A DNA stretch of 64,000 nt from Minutocellus sp. GHC0000111 (GCA_977018835.1 OZ361257.1:1922001-1986000); one strand, 5' to 3'. Numbered from the stretch's first letter, positions 1 to 11,301 are shown. The notes: generated by a model from the sequence alone, not told the origin. A program made the numbers and translations.

Positions 1-331
1 CCGGCGTACGGACCATGGCGGCAAATCGAGGCCAAGGCCCGGTGATAGCTCTATTTGCCGGCGAACTGTACTGAAACGTTTGCTGAAGATCGTCGGCCTT
101 GAGGCTGGCCAGCTGCCATTCAACGATTGACTCCGGTTTTGTCTGAGGGGTGAGGGAGTTGGATGGTCCGTAGAAGGCATAGGCGTCGGCATTGTTCGGC
201 AGAAGCAGGAGGCAGAACAAAGTGGCAATGGCTACAATTCTCGAGAAAGGAAGAAGAAAGATACGCAGCCGAGGATTACCTAGCGCCGCAGAAACGCGAC
301 CAGCCGGCGAGATGAATGCAGATGGGGCCAT
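1..331 (-). CDS. DUF4864-like protein with N-terminal signal/transit region (5' part only; runs off window start)
   Basis: Not in ORF track. Manual translation from ATG at 331 is open to the edge: MAPSAF...IVAIATLFCLLLLPNNADA-YAF...PESIVEWQLASLKADDLQQTFQYSSPANRAITGPWPRFAAMVRTP. This resembles the DUF4864 pattern (QLxAL..AFxFASPxNR..GP..RFxxMV), recalled from memory. Confidence 0.7.
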   Translation of the reverse strand, partial: MAPSAFISPAGRVSAALGNPRLRIFLLPFSRIVAIATLFCLLLLPNNADAYAFYGPSNSLTPQTKPESIVEWQLASLKADDLQQTFQYSSPANRAITGPWPRFAAMVRTP

Positions 332-800
332 TTCTGGTCAGCAAATACAAGCTGTTTGGCAGAACTACTCCTTTGTTCTCGTCACGTCGACCGAACAGAA
401 CAAAACATCACGCTTCGGTCTGTGCCGTCGACGCGACGCGCGCGTCCTTCCGACAGATGCCTCTGACATCAGAAAGAAAATGCTGATTTCCGCAGCAAAG
501 GGTGGTGGTGTTCGTCCCGCTAAGTGAGTGGGCGTCTTGGTCTTGCTTCGCATTTCCTCAAGGCAGACCGAATGAAAATAGTCTTGGTCTGATACGCCAT
601 AAACAATTGATTTACAAAAATACTTCAATGTATGACCTGACAGTCTTGGTCATGGAGGTCGATTCGGACAAATATTCCGCACTTCATTCAAACTTTCTCA
701 ATCTAGTGGGGATGGACTGGAGCTCATAAAACGAGAAATCTATAAAACGAAACAAACCGAACAAACTCTTGAAATAAAGAACAAATCCATTATATCAATA

Positions 801-1646
801 ATGAAGATCAATAACGCAACTATCCTGGTCTTGACCACTCTTCTTGCCGCCTCTATGGCTACTGATGACTCGGAAGACACACCCAACCTCCGCAATAAAG
901 TCAACAACAGCGAGACGGAAGATTCTAAAGATGCATCCAATGCCCAAGCCCGCGACCTAGGCGTTCCTCTTGTATTGAATTTCAACAAAGTCGAATGCAG
1001 AAAAAAGATGGTGGATGTCGAGATTTGCTTCCAAACGGACGATTACCCTAGCGAGAATGTCGTTTGGATTGAAGATGAAGATGGCGAAGTTGGTTTTGAG
1101 ATGGGCCCATTTTCCAAGGCTAACAAGATGTACTGCGAAGAGGAAGAGTTCTGCCCTGGAAAGGTGCGTTGGTAGTCTGCAGGGCGGTGTACTTGCATAT
1201 AGTTTGTTCTCCTGTTTTTGGAAGTTTCTTATCGCTCAACGTCTCTCTGCATTTCTTTACTCAAAAAACAGTATTGGCTCTCCATTGACGATAGTTACGG
1301 CGATGGAACTACCCATTCTTACAGTGAGCTCATTGTCCGAACTCGAAAAGAAAAGCTTCTCGACAAAGTCTTGAGCTTCTCTTTCAGCCAATATGGTCCT
1401 CGAAAATTCGTTGTTCCTGAGGATGGCGGTGGATCGAGCAATACAAATACTCGTACCAATACCAACACCAACAACGGAGGTAGCGGCCCCTATGGTTGCT
1501 GCAGTAACTCCAGCGGCACGCACTGCTGCCGGTGCTGCAAGGATGAGTGTGCCAAGCAGTACAAACATCTGGGCACTGCTGCAAAAAATGACTGTAAGAG
1601 AAATGTCTGCCGCTCGTTCTATGGTAGGCCAGCTTGCAAGGACTAG
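801..1646 (+). CDS. Secreted protein with TDxYPxE...DSYGDG beta-domain and Cys-rich C-terminus; 2 exons (801-1163, 1272-1646)
   Basis: Signal peptide MKINNATILVLTTLLAASMA. A phase-0 GT..AG intron at 1164-1271 joins CPGK to YWLSIDDSYGDG, reconstituting a motif common in diatom secreted proteins. Confidence 0.7.
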
Positions 1647-1871
1647 GGAAGTTTACTGTGCAGAATTAGAACTGTCCCTCCTTTATTTGTTATCAAAGCT
1701 CGCGGATGAATGCCAACATGATACTCCGGAACCTGTACTTGTATGAAACCAAAACCAAAAACTGATCAGTGCGATGAAGAAACGACAATAGAAAAGAAGT
1801 AAATTTAAAGCGCCAGGACATTGAAATCCCACAGCAAATAAAATATACAACGTGCCAACATCGTTTGCGAT

Positions 1872-2441
1872 CTACAATTTGGATTTCGGATCGAAACTAT
1901 CCTTCTCATCATACAATGGGCCTCGCAAGTGCTCTTTGAATCTATCGGCATTCATTACATAGTGCTTCGCGCTCTCTTTCAGTCCTCCAATCTGCTCCTC
2001 GCTCAGCTGCTTCACAACCTTTCCCGGAGATCCAATGACCAAGCTATTATCTGGTATCGACTTGTTCTCCGGTATCAAGGTGTGGGCACCGATAACGCAA
2101 TTCTTTCCGATGACGCTGTTGTTGAGAACTGTAGCGCCGATACCAATAAGTGTGTTATCTCCGATGGTACAACCGTGCAACATGGCTTGATGGCCGACGG
2201 TAACTCCATCTCCAATAGTCAAAGGCACTCCTGCGTCAGAATGCAAAACGCTGCCATCTTGAATGTTTGTTCGAGCGCCAATGGTGATTGGCTCTGGCTG
2301 GTCGCCGCGCACTGTCGCCCCAAACCAAATCGAGGCGTGCTCTTTCATGATGACGTTGCCAACGACGGCGGCATTTGGTGCCACCCAGCACGAGCTGGCG
2401 ATCTTTGGTACCAACGATCCGAGAGAGTAGACGCCTTTCAT
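1872..2441 (-). CDS. Gamma-carbonic anhydrase family (left-handed beta-helix, YrdA/PaaY-like) with C-terminal PTS1 -SKL
   Basis: Hexapeptide repeats; IWFGATVRGD, NIQDGSVLH, TVGHQAMLHGC with three metal-ligand His; ends PKSKL*. Confidence 0.9.
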   Translation of the reverse strand: MKGVYSLGSLVPKIASSCWVAPNAAVVGNVIMKEHASIWFGATVRGDQPEPITIGARTNIQDGSVLHSDAGVPLTIGDGVTVGHQAMLHGCTIGDNTLIGIGATVLNNSVIGKNCVIGAHTLIPENKSIPDNSLVIGSPGKVVKQLSEEQIGGLKESAKHYVMNADRFKEHLRGPLYDEKDSFDPKSKL

Positions 2442-2750
2442 CGTGTTTCGGGTACTCTACGACAAATGACTAATTGTGTATCACCGACCACCTTGATTCG
2501 AGGGATATCAGGCGAAATGAAAGGTCTGCTGCTGAGACGTCAGCAGCAGGAGCCAACAGTGCCATCGCCGTCAGCAGTCGCTGGCCGAAAAGATCCAAGG
2601 TGGACGTACGCGGACAGACGGTTTTTTCTCATCAGTTTTGGTCTGCTCTGGCTACCTCTAGCTAGAGGGTACAGTACAATTGCATGTAAAGCAGGTGCGA
2701 AGACTTGCCGACCAGATTAGCTTGTATAATCAACAGTTCGTGCAATCAAC

Positions 2751-3728
2751 ATGGGCAAATACTCTGCACTCAACACGTCATCACGCGAAAAATATCTGTC
2801 ACTAACTGGCGGCAAAACCTACATTCGTTGGGACTTGCCTCGCCATGCTGATGAGGACAACAAAGAATCGTTCGAAGATTCGACAGCAATGACGAACGCC
2901 GTTCCATCTCGACAATTGCCAACAATCCTGCTTCTTCACGGCGCGACTGTCCCAAGTTGGCAATTCGACCTACTTGTACCTTATCTATTGGAAGCAACCA
3001 GATGCCGAATCCTACGAATCGATCTTTTTGGCCACGGTAATTCTTCGATGCTACCAAACAACAATGCCAAGTTCGACATGTCGCTCTTTGTCGAGCAAGT
3101 TCGGGAGGTATTGCACATGTTGGTTGATAGGGGAGATATTTCCCCAAGCTCTGATATCTATGCACTTGGACATTCGCTCGGCGCAGCAGTGATGGCTGGT
3201 GTGGCCTCATCAGTAGCCCCAAATGTCAACATTCGAAAGGTTGTGCTCTGTGCCCCAATGCTGAACTTCATAGAATTGCAGCCACATATGAAGCTGCTGT
3301 CGGTTCCTCTTTTGGGGGAAGCACTAATGATCTGTGTGATAGTTCCATATCTCCAACGGCGGCGGACCAAACGATATGGTGCCATCGGCTGCCATCATCT
3401 TGGAGAAAGATTCGTTGAGCAGACCAAAGAACCAGGTCATTCTCAAGCATTGCTTGGTCTGTTCCGAGATGGTTGCCTTGAAGACCAGAAAAATTTGTAT
3501 CGGGATTTAGCTTATGCTAGTAGTAATGCTTCAGTCATGATAATGTTTGGTTCCGAGGATAGTGTGGCAAGCGAAGGTCAGATACGCCGAATATTTGGCA
3601 TGATTGGAAACGAAAAGGGATTGAACGTCCGTTGGGAATGCTTCGAGGGTTTGGAGCACAGCCTTTTGCTCAGCCATCCCGAACTTTGTGCCAAAACAAT
3701 ATCGGACTTCTTTTCGCAGCAAATATAA
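2751..3728 (+). CDS. Alpha/beta-fold hydrolase
   Basis: LLLHG, DLFGHG, GHSLG nucleophile elbow, GSED acid, GLEH His. Confidence 0.85.
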   Translation: MGKYSALNTSSREKYLSLTGGKTYIRWDLPRHADEDNKESFEDSTAMTNAVPSRQLPTILLLHGATVPSWQFDLLVPYLLEATRCRILRIDLFGHGNSSMLPNNNAKFDMSLFVEQVREVLHMLVDRGDISPSSDIYALGHSLGAAVMAGVASSVAPNVNIRKVVLCAPMLNFIELQPHMKLLSVPLLGEALMICVIVPYLQRRRTKRYGAIGCHHLGERFVEQTKEPGHSQALLGLFRDGCLEDQKNLYRDLAYASSNASVMIMFGSEDSVASEGQIRRIFGMIGNEKGLNVRWECFEGLEHSLLLSHPELCAKTISDFFSQQI

Positions 3729-3776
3729 AGTTATAGTATCGGGCTTGTAGAACAAATCAAAATACATAATTAGTAT

Positions 3777-4646
3777 TTACATGACAAGAAAAGCCATGGC
3801 AATTGCAACAATAGTGGAGCCGACGGCGGCTCCGATTTTGGGGGAAGCGGCGGAAGTAGTCGCCGGGCAGCCGTAAGCATACCCGCCGCTATAGTCGATG
3901 CCGCAGTGGGCATCGCAGAATGCACCGCACTGCCCAGCGAACTGCATGGGCTGCTGGGGGGTCGCTTCGGTCTCGCAGCTGCTGCACTCGCACGACGTTG
4001 TCTTCTTGTTGCACGGCGTGAGAGGCGAGTTTTCGTTGTGGCAGGAGAAATCTGATCCAGCACCCTGCCCACACTCCCTGACGCAGTAGTCGGCACACTC
4101 GGTGTCGGTTTCAGCTAAAATGTACGTGATGCGCTGGGTGGGATCACAGTTCGGGTTGATCGATCCTTTGGCGCTGGCGCAGAAGCATCTGGCCTCGTGG
4201 GTTTCGGCACAACTCGCCGTAATGGTAACGGGAGGGGGCATCTGGTCAGTCATATCAGACGTATCAGCCATGTCGTTGGTCGATGACGTTTCGGTGGTGG
4301 TGGTAGTCGTAGTCGTAGAGGACGACGAAGTAACGCAGGGATTGGCAGCATTGACCTCGCTCATGTCGCATCCAAGATCGGCGGAAGGTTCGATGAAGGT
4401 CTCGCCTCCACTGGAATCAGTGACGATGCAACCAGGACATGCCGATGCTGTGATGGAAAACATAGTCATACCTCCCATGTTCTCGTCCACTTTGCCATCG
4501 CCCATTAGGCAACCGGCAGAGAGCGTCACGTCGGTCGACGTGGTGGAATACGATGCACCGGCGCCGATGGTACCTGCGCAAGTAGCATCGATGTTTCCGG
4601 GAGCCGAGACGAACAGGGCAGCAGTAAGAGCGAACGAGAAACGCAT
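3777..4646 (-). CDS. Cys-rich, Ser/Thr-rich secreted protein, probable GPI anchor or C-terminal membrane anchor
   Basis: Signal peptide MRFSFALTAALFVSAPG from ATG 4646; poly-S/T linker; many Cys; C-terminal small-residue site plus hydrophobic tail (TSAAS...IVAIAMAFLVM*). Confidence 0.7.
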   Translation of the reverse strand: MRFSFALTAALFVSAPGNIDATCAGTIGAGASYSTTSTDVTLSAGCLMGDGKVDENMGGMTMFSITASACPGCIVTDSSGGETFIEPSADLGCDMSEVNAANPCVTSSSSTTTTTTTTETSSTNDMADTSDMTDQMPPPVTITASCAETHEARCFCASAKGSINPNCDPTQRITYILAETDTECADYCVRECGQGAGSDFSCHNENSPLTPCNKKTTSCECSSCETEATPQQPMQFAGQCGAFCDAHCGIDYSGGYAYGCPATTSAASPKIGAAVGSTIVAIAMAFLVM

Positions 4647-4914
4647 GGTGTGATGGTGTCGAAGAATAATGTCGCTAATGAGATGTGTGTGGGCCAAGAT
4701 ACTGCTGGCCGTGAGATTGTGCTGATGACTGTCGTTTCATCAGCAGCAAGGAGGCCATCGATGAGGCGAGGCGACGCGCTTTTAATTTTTCGCGGCGGAC
4801 GAAAGATCTTTAGATGTTTGATCGATTGATCTGACCTTGCTCTGCCTTGACTGCCAACAGGTACCGGTACGTGTATTCGCCGCCAACAGAAACTACGTAC
4901 AAGAAACCACAACC

Positions 4915-5343
4915 ATGGGCCTGCTGAAGCACGCAGCCCTTCCCTTCTTCGCCCTCATCAATGCCTTCCTCGCGTACAAGGCCTTGGTCGAGGAAGATTT
5001 CGGCATATTTGAGCTTGACAACTTCGGGCGCGATCTTTCTCAAGTTCCGCCTACTTCCGTCGAGAGGCACTTACTCGATGCATTGGGAGCAACCTGTGTC
5101 TGTTTTCTCATAAATTGCCTCGCCGCTATATTTGTGGAGAATTCGCACTACCGAGGAATGGTGGTTGCTCTCCAAACGCTCTTCTTTGCCATTGACGCCA
5201 TGTCGTACAGGAAGCTTGGTATTGACATTCCTGCGGTAATCTATGTGTGTGTTGCAGCGGGCGCTGTTGGACTTGTTGTTCATGCCAATGAGCCTGGTAT
5301 TTTCACAAGAGACCACGATGCAGAAAGGAAAAAGTCAAAGTAG
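4915..5343 (+). CDS. Small membrane protein with about 4 TM segments and a C-terminal KKxx ER-retrieval-like signal
   Basis: ATG 4915 in ACC-ATG-G context; four hydrophobic segments; ends RKKSK*. Confidence 0.65.
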   Translation: MGLLKHAALPFFALINAFLAYKALVEEDFGIFELDNFGRDLSQVPPTSVERHLLDALGATCVCFLINCLAAIFVENSHYRGMVVALQTLFFAIDAMSYRKLGIDIPAVIYVCVAAGAVGLVVHANEPGIFTRDHDAERKKSK

Positions 5344-5524
5344 GGCGCGTTGTGATTACAACTTACAACCGCAAAAGATAGGAATATTGGACAACATGTT
5401 GAATTATCTAAGTTAAGCATACCATCCCGTCTCCGCCGTTGTTGTACTGATCGTTGGCCTTATTTAGAATGGAATGGATCAAATGGTTTGAATGATGACA
5501 TCTGCAGGAAATGGCAACAAGCCA

Positions 5525-7766
5525 TTAGACATAGTTGCTCCACTGAACTTTCTGTCCTCGAATAGTGAAAATGTAAATGATCACATAACAATAAAGGAAA
5601 ACCGCCGCCATGAGAACCAACGAAAATGCGTAGTCAATTCTCGCGGAAGCTTCACTTGCATCTTCACAGCCCGTTCCACCGAGTATGCGAAGACAGCCGA
5701 TTTCAGGATCAGCCACAGTTATCCATGAAACGATGCTTGCATAAATGAGAGCGATTAGACCAGAAAGGAGGCCAAATTTGCCCCAAAAAGACGAAGTTCC
5801 GCCCTCTTTGACAAGCTGGCGCGTCTCCGCTCTTTGCCTTGGGAGCATCGGCAAAGTGAGTAACCCGGTAAAGTTGATAAGCTCCGTGACCAACAAGAGT
5901 CCCATCATCTGATTTCGAACTTCCGGTGTGTCAGCCTGGATCGTCTCCTGTGATGCAAGTGCTGGGAAGAAGGACAGGAGCTGTTGTGATATGACCGTTG
6001 AAAGTGGACCGGCAACATTGCCTGCAGTCGTGATCAATGCGAACGTCATGCTTTCAAATCCCGATTCCGCTATTTCCGCGATGGGAAAGAGCGGAACAAC
6101 GAAGCTAAAAGGTATATTTGGTGGACAGAGTTGGTGAGTACGAAAGTGTTCAGTGGAGTGCCCCCCAAAATCAAGGTCATCTTTGAACGCATTTACTTGT
6201 CATTGAACCTCCAAAGAAAAACTTACCACGCGGCGTAAACGAATTCTTCGCTTATGGAGAAAACCACATAGAACCAAGAATTTCGTATGACATCGTAGAT
6301 GATGAGTAGATAAATCAAATTCATGAGGCAAACAATGCCCCTGGCCCAAAACTATCGCCATCATTGATGGGAGGATGGGAAGAATATGCTCCTGATGTTA
6401 GCTCGTTACCAAGATGATACTGATATACAAACAAACATATAACGATGGTACCATGGTACAGCATTCATGCATTTTATTACGAACTCACCATGAATAATGC
6501 AGGTAACGCTTTCTCGTGACGTGCAGAGCTGCCGCCAAAATGAAATTATCCATGATAGAAGTTATGGTATTCTGCAATGTAGTTAGTTCGAGCCAGGCAA
6601 AATTGGCGTTCGTTTGGGCAGCATTGGTGACACTGAAGAGTGTGTTCATGACGAGGGAGTAGAAGATGAGTTGCCAAACGGCTTGTCTTTCGCAGGAATG
6701 AGTCATTGCAGATACAATTTTTGTCGCCTTCTGAGGCGGTGACTGCTTCTTATCTTCCTTGAGGAATAGAAAGTATATAGGAACCAAAGAAGTAATCATC
6801 GCGAAAAGAATCCAGTAGAATTGAGGTATAGAAACGCCAAAAGGGGCTGTTGCTGCATCGCATTGCATGTGACACCAATCTGTTGGATTATTCGCAAATT
6901 CGCTATTGCGCGATGTAATGCTTGTATCAGTTGTACAGGGAACATTGGCATCCGGTTCGTACCCAGGACAATTGGCCTGTGGCCCACTGAGAGATAGGGC
7001 GATGATTACTCCCATGAGGACTGCCGCTGTGAACCTGGCCTGATACGCAAGGGCGGTCATATTGCCGCGTTGGTTTGGTTTCTCTCTTTTGGCGACCCAG
7101 GTCTGGAAACCATCAGCTGCCGTGTCAGCAGAAACGTAAAAGAAGTTTGCTACCGTCAACAGGATCACAAAAATAGATACAGCAAGATTACTTCCTGCAA
7201 TTGCTACTGGAAGGAGAATGGCACATGTGCATGTCCAACCAAGGCATATCCACGCCTTAAATTTCCAGCCAAGAGGGTAGTAGATATCATAAAGAATGCC
7301 ATAAAATATTTTGTACGACCAGAAGATGACGACAATATTTTGCGCCGAGGTATAGTATGCCGATGAAACATCATTCAGTACGATCAAATACGGATAAAGG
7401 GGCGAATTGATGCCGGTGTTGGTCAAACCGACAGAGAAATAACTTGTTGGAATTCCAAGAAACTCCCGAGAGAATGGCTTGATGTCCCGCAGGTCGATGG
7501 ACTGTTCAAGAGACTCAATATCTTTGGTTGGAGGTTCAAAGTCGTCAGGCGTTGGTTTAATAGACTTCACTCCATCGCTCTGAAAGAATTGTAGAATTAT
7601 AGCATAGGTGAGATCAGGTTGATGAGTTGACCAAATCATTCATGTGACACGTTTTGGTGAAAGGAAGCGCAGGCACAGAACATACCGGTGCCATGGCCCC
7701 GTCGACATTCTCGTGCTCGATTTCAGCACCGTCAGTAGAAGGCTCCACATCGCCAGATGCTTGCAT
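5525..7766 (-). CDS. BT1/folate-biopterin-type MFS transporter, 4 exons (7686-7766, 6489-7579, 6227-6340 or -6391, 5525-6104); exon 3 possibly disrupted
   Basis: WSYKIFYG, ADTAADG, REKPNQRG, EIAESGFESMTFALITTAGN motifs. GT-AG introns at 7580-7685 and 6105-6226 keep frame. The exon-3 acceptor is ambiguous (see findings). Confidence 0.7.
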
Positions 7767-7880
7767 CGTTTCAGCCTCAGTTCGGTTGGAAGTGAAGTGG
7801 TTGCAATAGCCAGATAGCGAAAGAATGCTAGAGGAATTCCTAGCTAGTCTGCAATTGACGTCAAGCAATCTTTGGGCTCT

Positions 7881-8190
7881 GGAGAGGTCGGAAAATTTTC
7901 TTGCGGGTGTATTGAAGAGATTTTGTTCCGTCGGAAAATTTTCTTGAGAAGAAGTTTCCGCGGAAAGATATATTTTTCCGTCGGAAAGTTTTGGTGAAGT
8001 TTTTTTTTCCGACTTCGCTTAAATTTTCTGCTGTTTTGAACACTTTCACGTGAAAATCTTCCGCCGGAAAAATTCCTCGCCCTTTTCTTCCGCGGAAAAA
8101 GAAATCTTTCCGCTGGAAAAAATAAAGTAAAAAAGGATTCCGTGTGCGATGACGAACTTCGCCGATCGAAGATTTTTTTCCGACCTCTCC
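7881..8190. mobile_element. MITE/foldback-like element, 310 bp
   Basis: Perfect 15-bp TIR GGAGAGGTCGGAAAA (7881-7895) / TTTTCCGACCTCTCC (8176-8190); internal TTCCG(N)CGGAA palindromes; no clear TSD. Confidence 0.55.
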
Positions 8191-8730
8191 TGCTCTGTAT
8201 CTGATTTCTCGAGGTCGAAATTCTTTCATGCAGTCTTTTTCCTGGCTGCGCCGAACCATAGCCTGCGTGGAGCGGCGACGGAAAGACCGACGAGCGCCTT
8301 CGTAGTAGGAATTCCTACATGTGCTATGGCTGGCTGCCTTTCTCTTGCCTCTTGCGCCGCCCTGTGCTGTGCTGTTGTCAGCCTGATATTCTCACAAAGG
8401 ACCACAACGAAGGGAAGAACAAATGGGCTTATTGATGATTGATCTATATGACCACATACATGTGTAGATGTGCTACTTTGCATTTTTGGTTGGCTACATT
8501 TTATAGGAATTCCTATATTTTTAATTTATTGCTTGCATACAGTAGCTACGATCTTATGCGAAGATTCTTGAAAGCTTTCTTTTGTTCATTGTCAGGAACA
8601 ATCATAATCATCAAATAAGATCATTAGATCCGCCATCAACAGCACTGCCAAAGTCATCGACGTGCAGTACTACTATCTGGTCAAATCGTGAATCTCTCCC
8701 CGCCAACTTTGCATGGTCATGCATGCATGT

Positions 8731-9189
8731 CTATTCGCTCGAAATCCGATCAAATGCTCCAGATGCCTTCTTGGCTTGGAATTTGGCCCAAATCTCCTCG
8801 AATGTGGGGTAGTCCGGCGGAAAGTTCGGAAAGACGTCCTCACTGGGATCGTAATCCACCTTGCCATAATCAAATGACGTTGGCACTGCCGTATCTTCCT
8901 CTTCCTCAACAGCAGGAGCAGCTGGTGGAGCAGCGGGAGCAGCGGCGGGAGGGGCTCCCCACGAAGGCGGTCCTGCAGCAGGAGCAGGCGCGGCTGGGAC
9001 AGGAGCTGGCGCGGGTGCAGCACCACCTCCACCTTGCATCTGACGCATGTAGGCGTCGTAGGCGTCCATCCCGCCGTTTCCCATGTTGACGGCAATGTTG
9101 GACGACGACGAAGCGCTGTTTGGAAGCACAAAGGCAGATGCAGGAACACAAATGGCGCTCAGCAAGAGAAAAGAGAGGTTCGACTTCAT
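8731..9189 (-). CDS. Small plastid-targeted Ala/Pro-rich protein of unknown function
   Basis: MKSNLSFLLLSAICVPASA-FVLP bipartite presequence with ASAF motif; AP-rich linker; acidic C-terminal domain. Confidence 0.75.
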   Translation of the reverse strand: MKSNLSFLLLSAICVPASAFVLPNSASSSSNIAVNMGNGGMDAYDAYMRQMQGGGGAAPAPAPVPAAPAPAAGPPSWGAPPAAAPAAPPAAPAVEEEEDTAVPTSFDYGKVDYDPSEDVFPNFPPDYPTFEEIWAKFQAKKASGAFDRISSE

Positions 9190-9367
9190 TATGGATTGTC
9201 TTGTGTTCGAGATATGTGCACTTGGAAACCACAATGAGAAAGAAGATTTTCAGATTTTCATTGCCGGATTTGTCTGTCCTTCGTGCGGTCTTACGTACGG
9301 CACTTCGTACGTAGCAGCCAACCGTTTCTCTTCCGGCCGCCTCTGCGTCATTTCTCACGGCAAGCCA

Positions 9368-11031
9368 TGAGGAGCAACAGGAAAAGCGACGGCAATCCAG
9401 CACGGCACTTGGGCATGGTGGCGATGATTGTTTCCTCTACCCGATTCACTGGTCGCCTGCCCGCGGTATCTGCGTTTACCATCTCTTCATCGGCTCAGAA
9501 GAGACCTCGTACAAGTACCGGCACAAGCGTCGTTGTTCGGCATGCGTCATCGTCTGCTGAAGACAATTTTGTACCCTACTTTGACCGCATCGGAAGGCCA
9601 CGCACAGTCCTAGCACCAATGGTGTCGCAATCCGACCTCCCCTTCCGCTTATTGTGTCGCAAGTACGGCTCCGAGTTGGCATACACCCAAATGATCCATG
9701 CCAAGAATTACGGTCTGAGCGAGGACTTTCGCGCCAACCATTTGGACGTGTATGCGCCCGGTCAAGTTATTGATGAGGCCGTGCTGAGCGGATCTCAGTT
9801 GAATTGTCTGGATGGTCTCAGTCGGGACTTTGGACCTGGTGGGTTTGAGAGGTATAAACATCGAATGATGGCCGAGGAAGGTGGCTTTGTCAATCCTGTT
9901 TCGTCGATTGCCTATCCCGACGAAGGACCTGTGGTGGTACAGCTTGCCGGACATGATCCAACGCTGGTCGCTGATGCTGCACTGGATATTGTGGAACGAA
10001 CGCAGGGAAACATTGCCGGCATCGATTTGAATGGAGGCTGCCCACAAAAGATTGCTCGAAGTGGACGGTACGGTGCCTTCCTGCACGAAGAGGAGCCCGA
10101 ATTGTACTGCGACGTGCTCGCCAAGATGCGGCAGACTCTCCCGCAAAACATCGGTGTGTCGGCCAAGATTCGACTGCCCATTGATGAAACGCAGCTCAAG
10201 GAACGCATCCAGCGCATCGTCCATTCAGGTGTCGATCTCATCACCGTGCATGGCCGCACGCTCAAGGAAAACAAGACCAAGGTAAAGCACGCGAATTGGG
10301 ATGCTATTGCACTAGCAGCCCAAATTGCCAGAGAATGCAGTGGCAACCCTGACTTTCCCGTGATTGCCAACGGTGGCATCGAGTACGGGTCGGATGTGCA
10401 AAAGTGCCTGGACCATACCGGTACCAGTGCCGTCATGAGTTCTGAGTCATTACTGGAGAACCCTGTATTGTTTGCAACTACCGGACCATACGCGGTGGAT
10501 GATACTGAAATGTCACCTCGGCAGCTATTTGAACGGCAATTGAATTTGGTTGATGAGTATCTAGACTTGTGTGAGCTCTATCCTCCGGTACCTGGCTCAC
10601 TTGGTAAGGTCGGTGGTAGTTACAACGTCGTTCGGTCGCATGTATTTAAGCTGATTTACAGATACCTTGAAGAGCGCCCTGAGATTCGAACCAAGCTTGC
10701 CGACAACTCTGTGGTTTCCATACCTGCCACTAGACAAATATTGGCACAATTGCGTGCGAGTTATGAGGACTTGAGCGAAGCAGAATGGCAAGACTGCAAA
10801 TCTGGCAAGATGGGATCCAGTTGGTACAGGAGGCATCGAGAGGCCGCCACAAGAGTTCATCGTCGTGATGGACATGCATCCAATGCAGGAAGTCTAAATG
10901 AGGTAACGTCGATAGAAGAAAAGAAACGAATCATGAAGGAGCGTTTGCGGAAGCTCAAGGAGCAGAAGGAAAGCAGGCCGAGTGGATTACCGCGTGTTGA
11001 GGTTGGTGAAAAGAAAAGCTTGGTGGGTTGA
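9368..11031 (+). CDS. DUS1: tRNA-dihydrouridine synthase (DUS1-like), with probable organellar presequence
   Basis: LAPMV..SDLPFRLL, YTQM, VVQLAG, IDLNGGCPQKIA, AKIR, ITVHGR, IANGG motifs. Start uncertain (ATG 9368 or 9415). Confidence 0.85.
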
Positions 11032-11109
11032 AATGTTATGAGTTATTTCAAAAGATATCTTAGTGATGCAATGCGATTTTCAGTCTAGATCTATATCGAG
11101 GCATTCTTT

Positions 11110-11137
11110 GGGGGTTAGGGTTAGGGTAGGGGGGGGG
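11110..11137 (+). repeat. Interstitial telomere-like (TTAGGG)n / G-quadruplex-forming tract
   Basis: GGGGG-TTA-GGG-TTA-GGG-TA-GGGGGGGGG. Confidence 0.7.
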
Positions 11138-11301
11138 AGGGTGCCGGTAGTCGAATTTGTTAGAATGCACCACGCATGTGATCGGTACCTAGGCGATCTA
11201 GACGTCGATGTAAATCTATGTAGATCTACTGGTAGTGCTGGTAGATAACATTACCAGTAGCAGAAATCTACCTTCCGGTGGAGTAGATCTAGATCTCTAG
11301 A

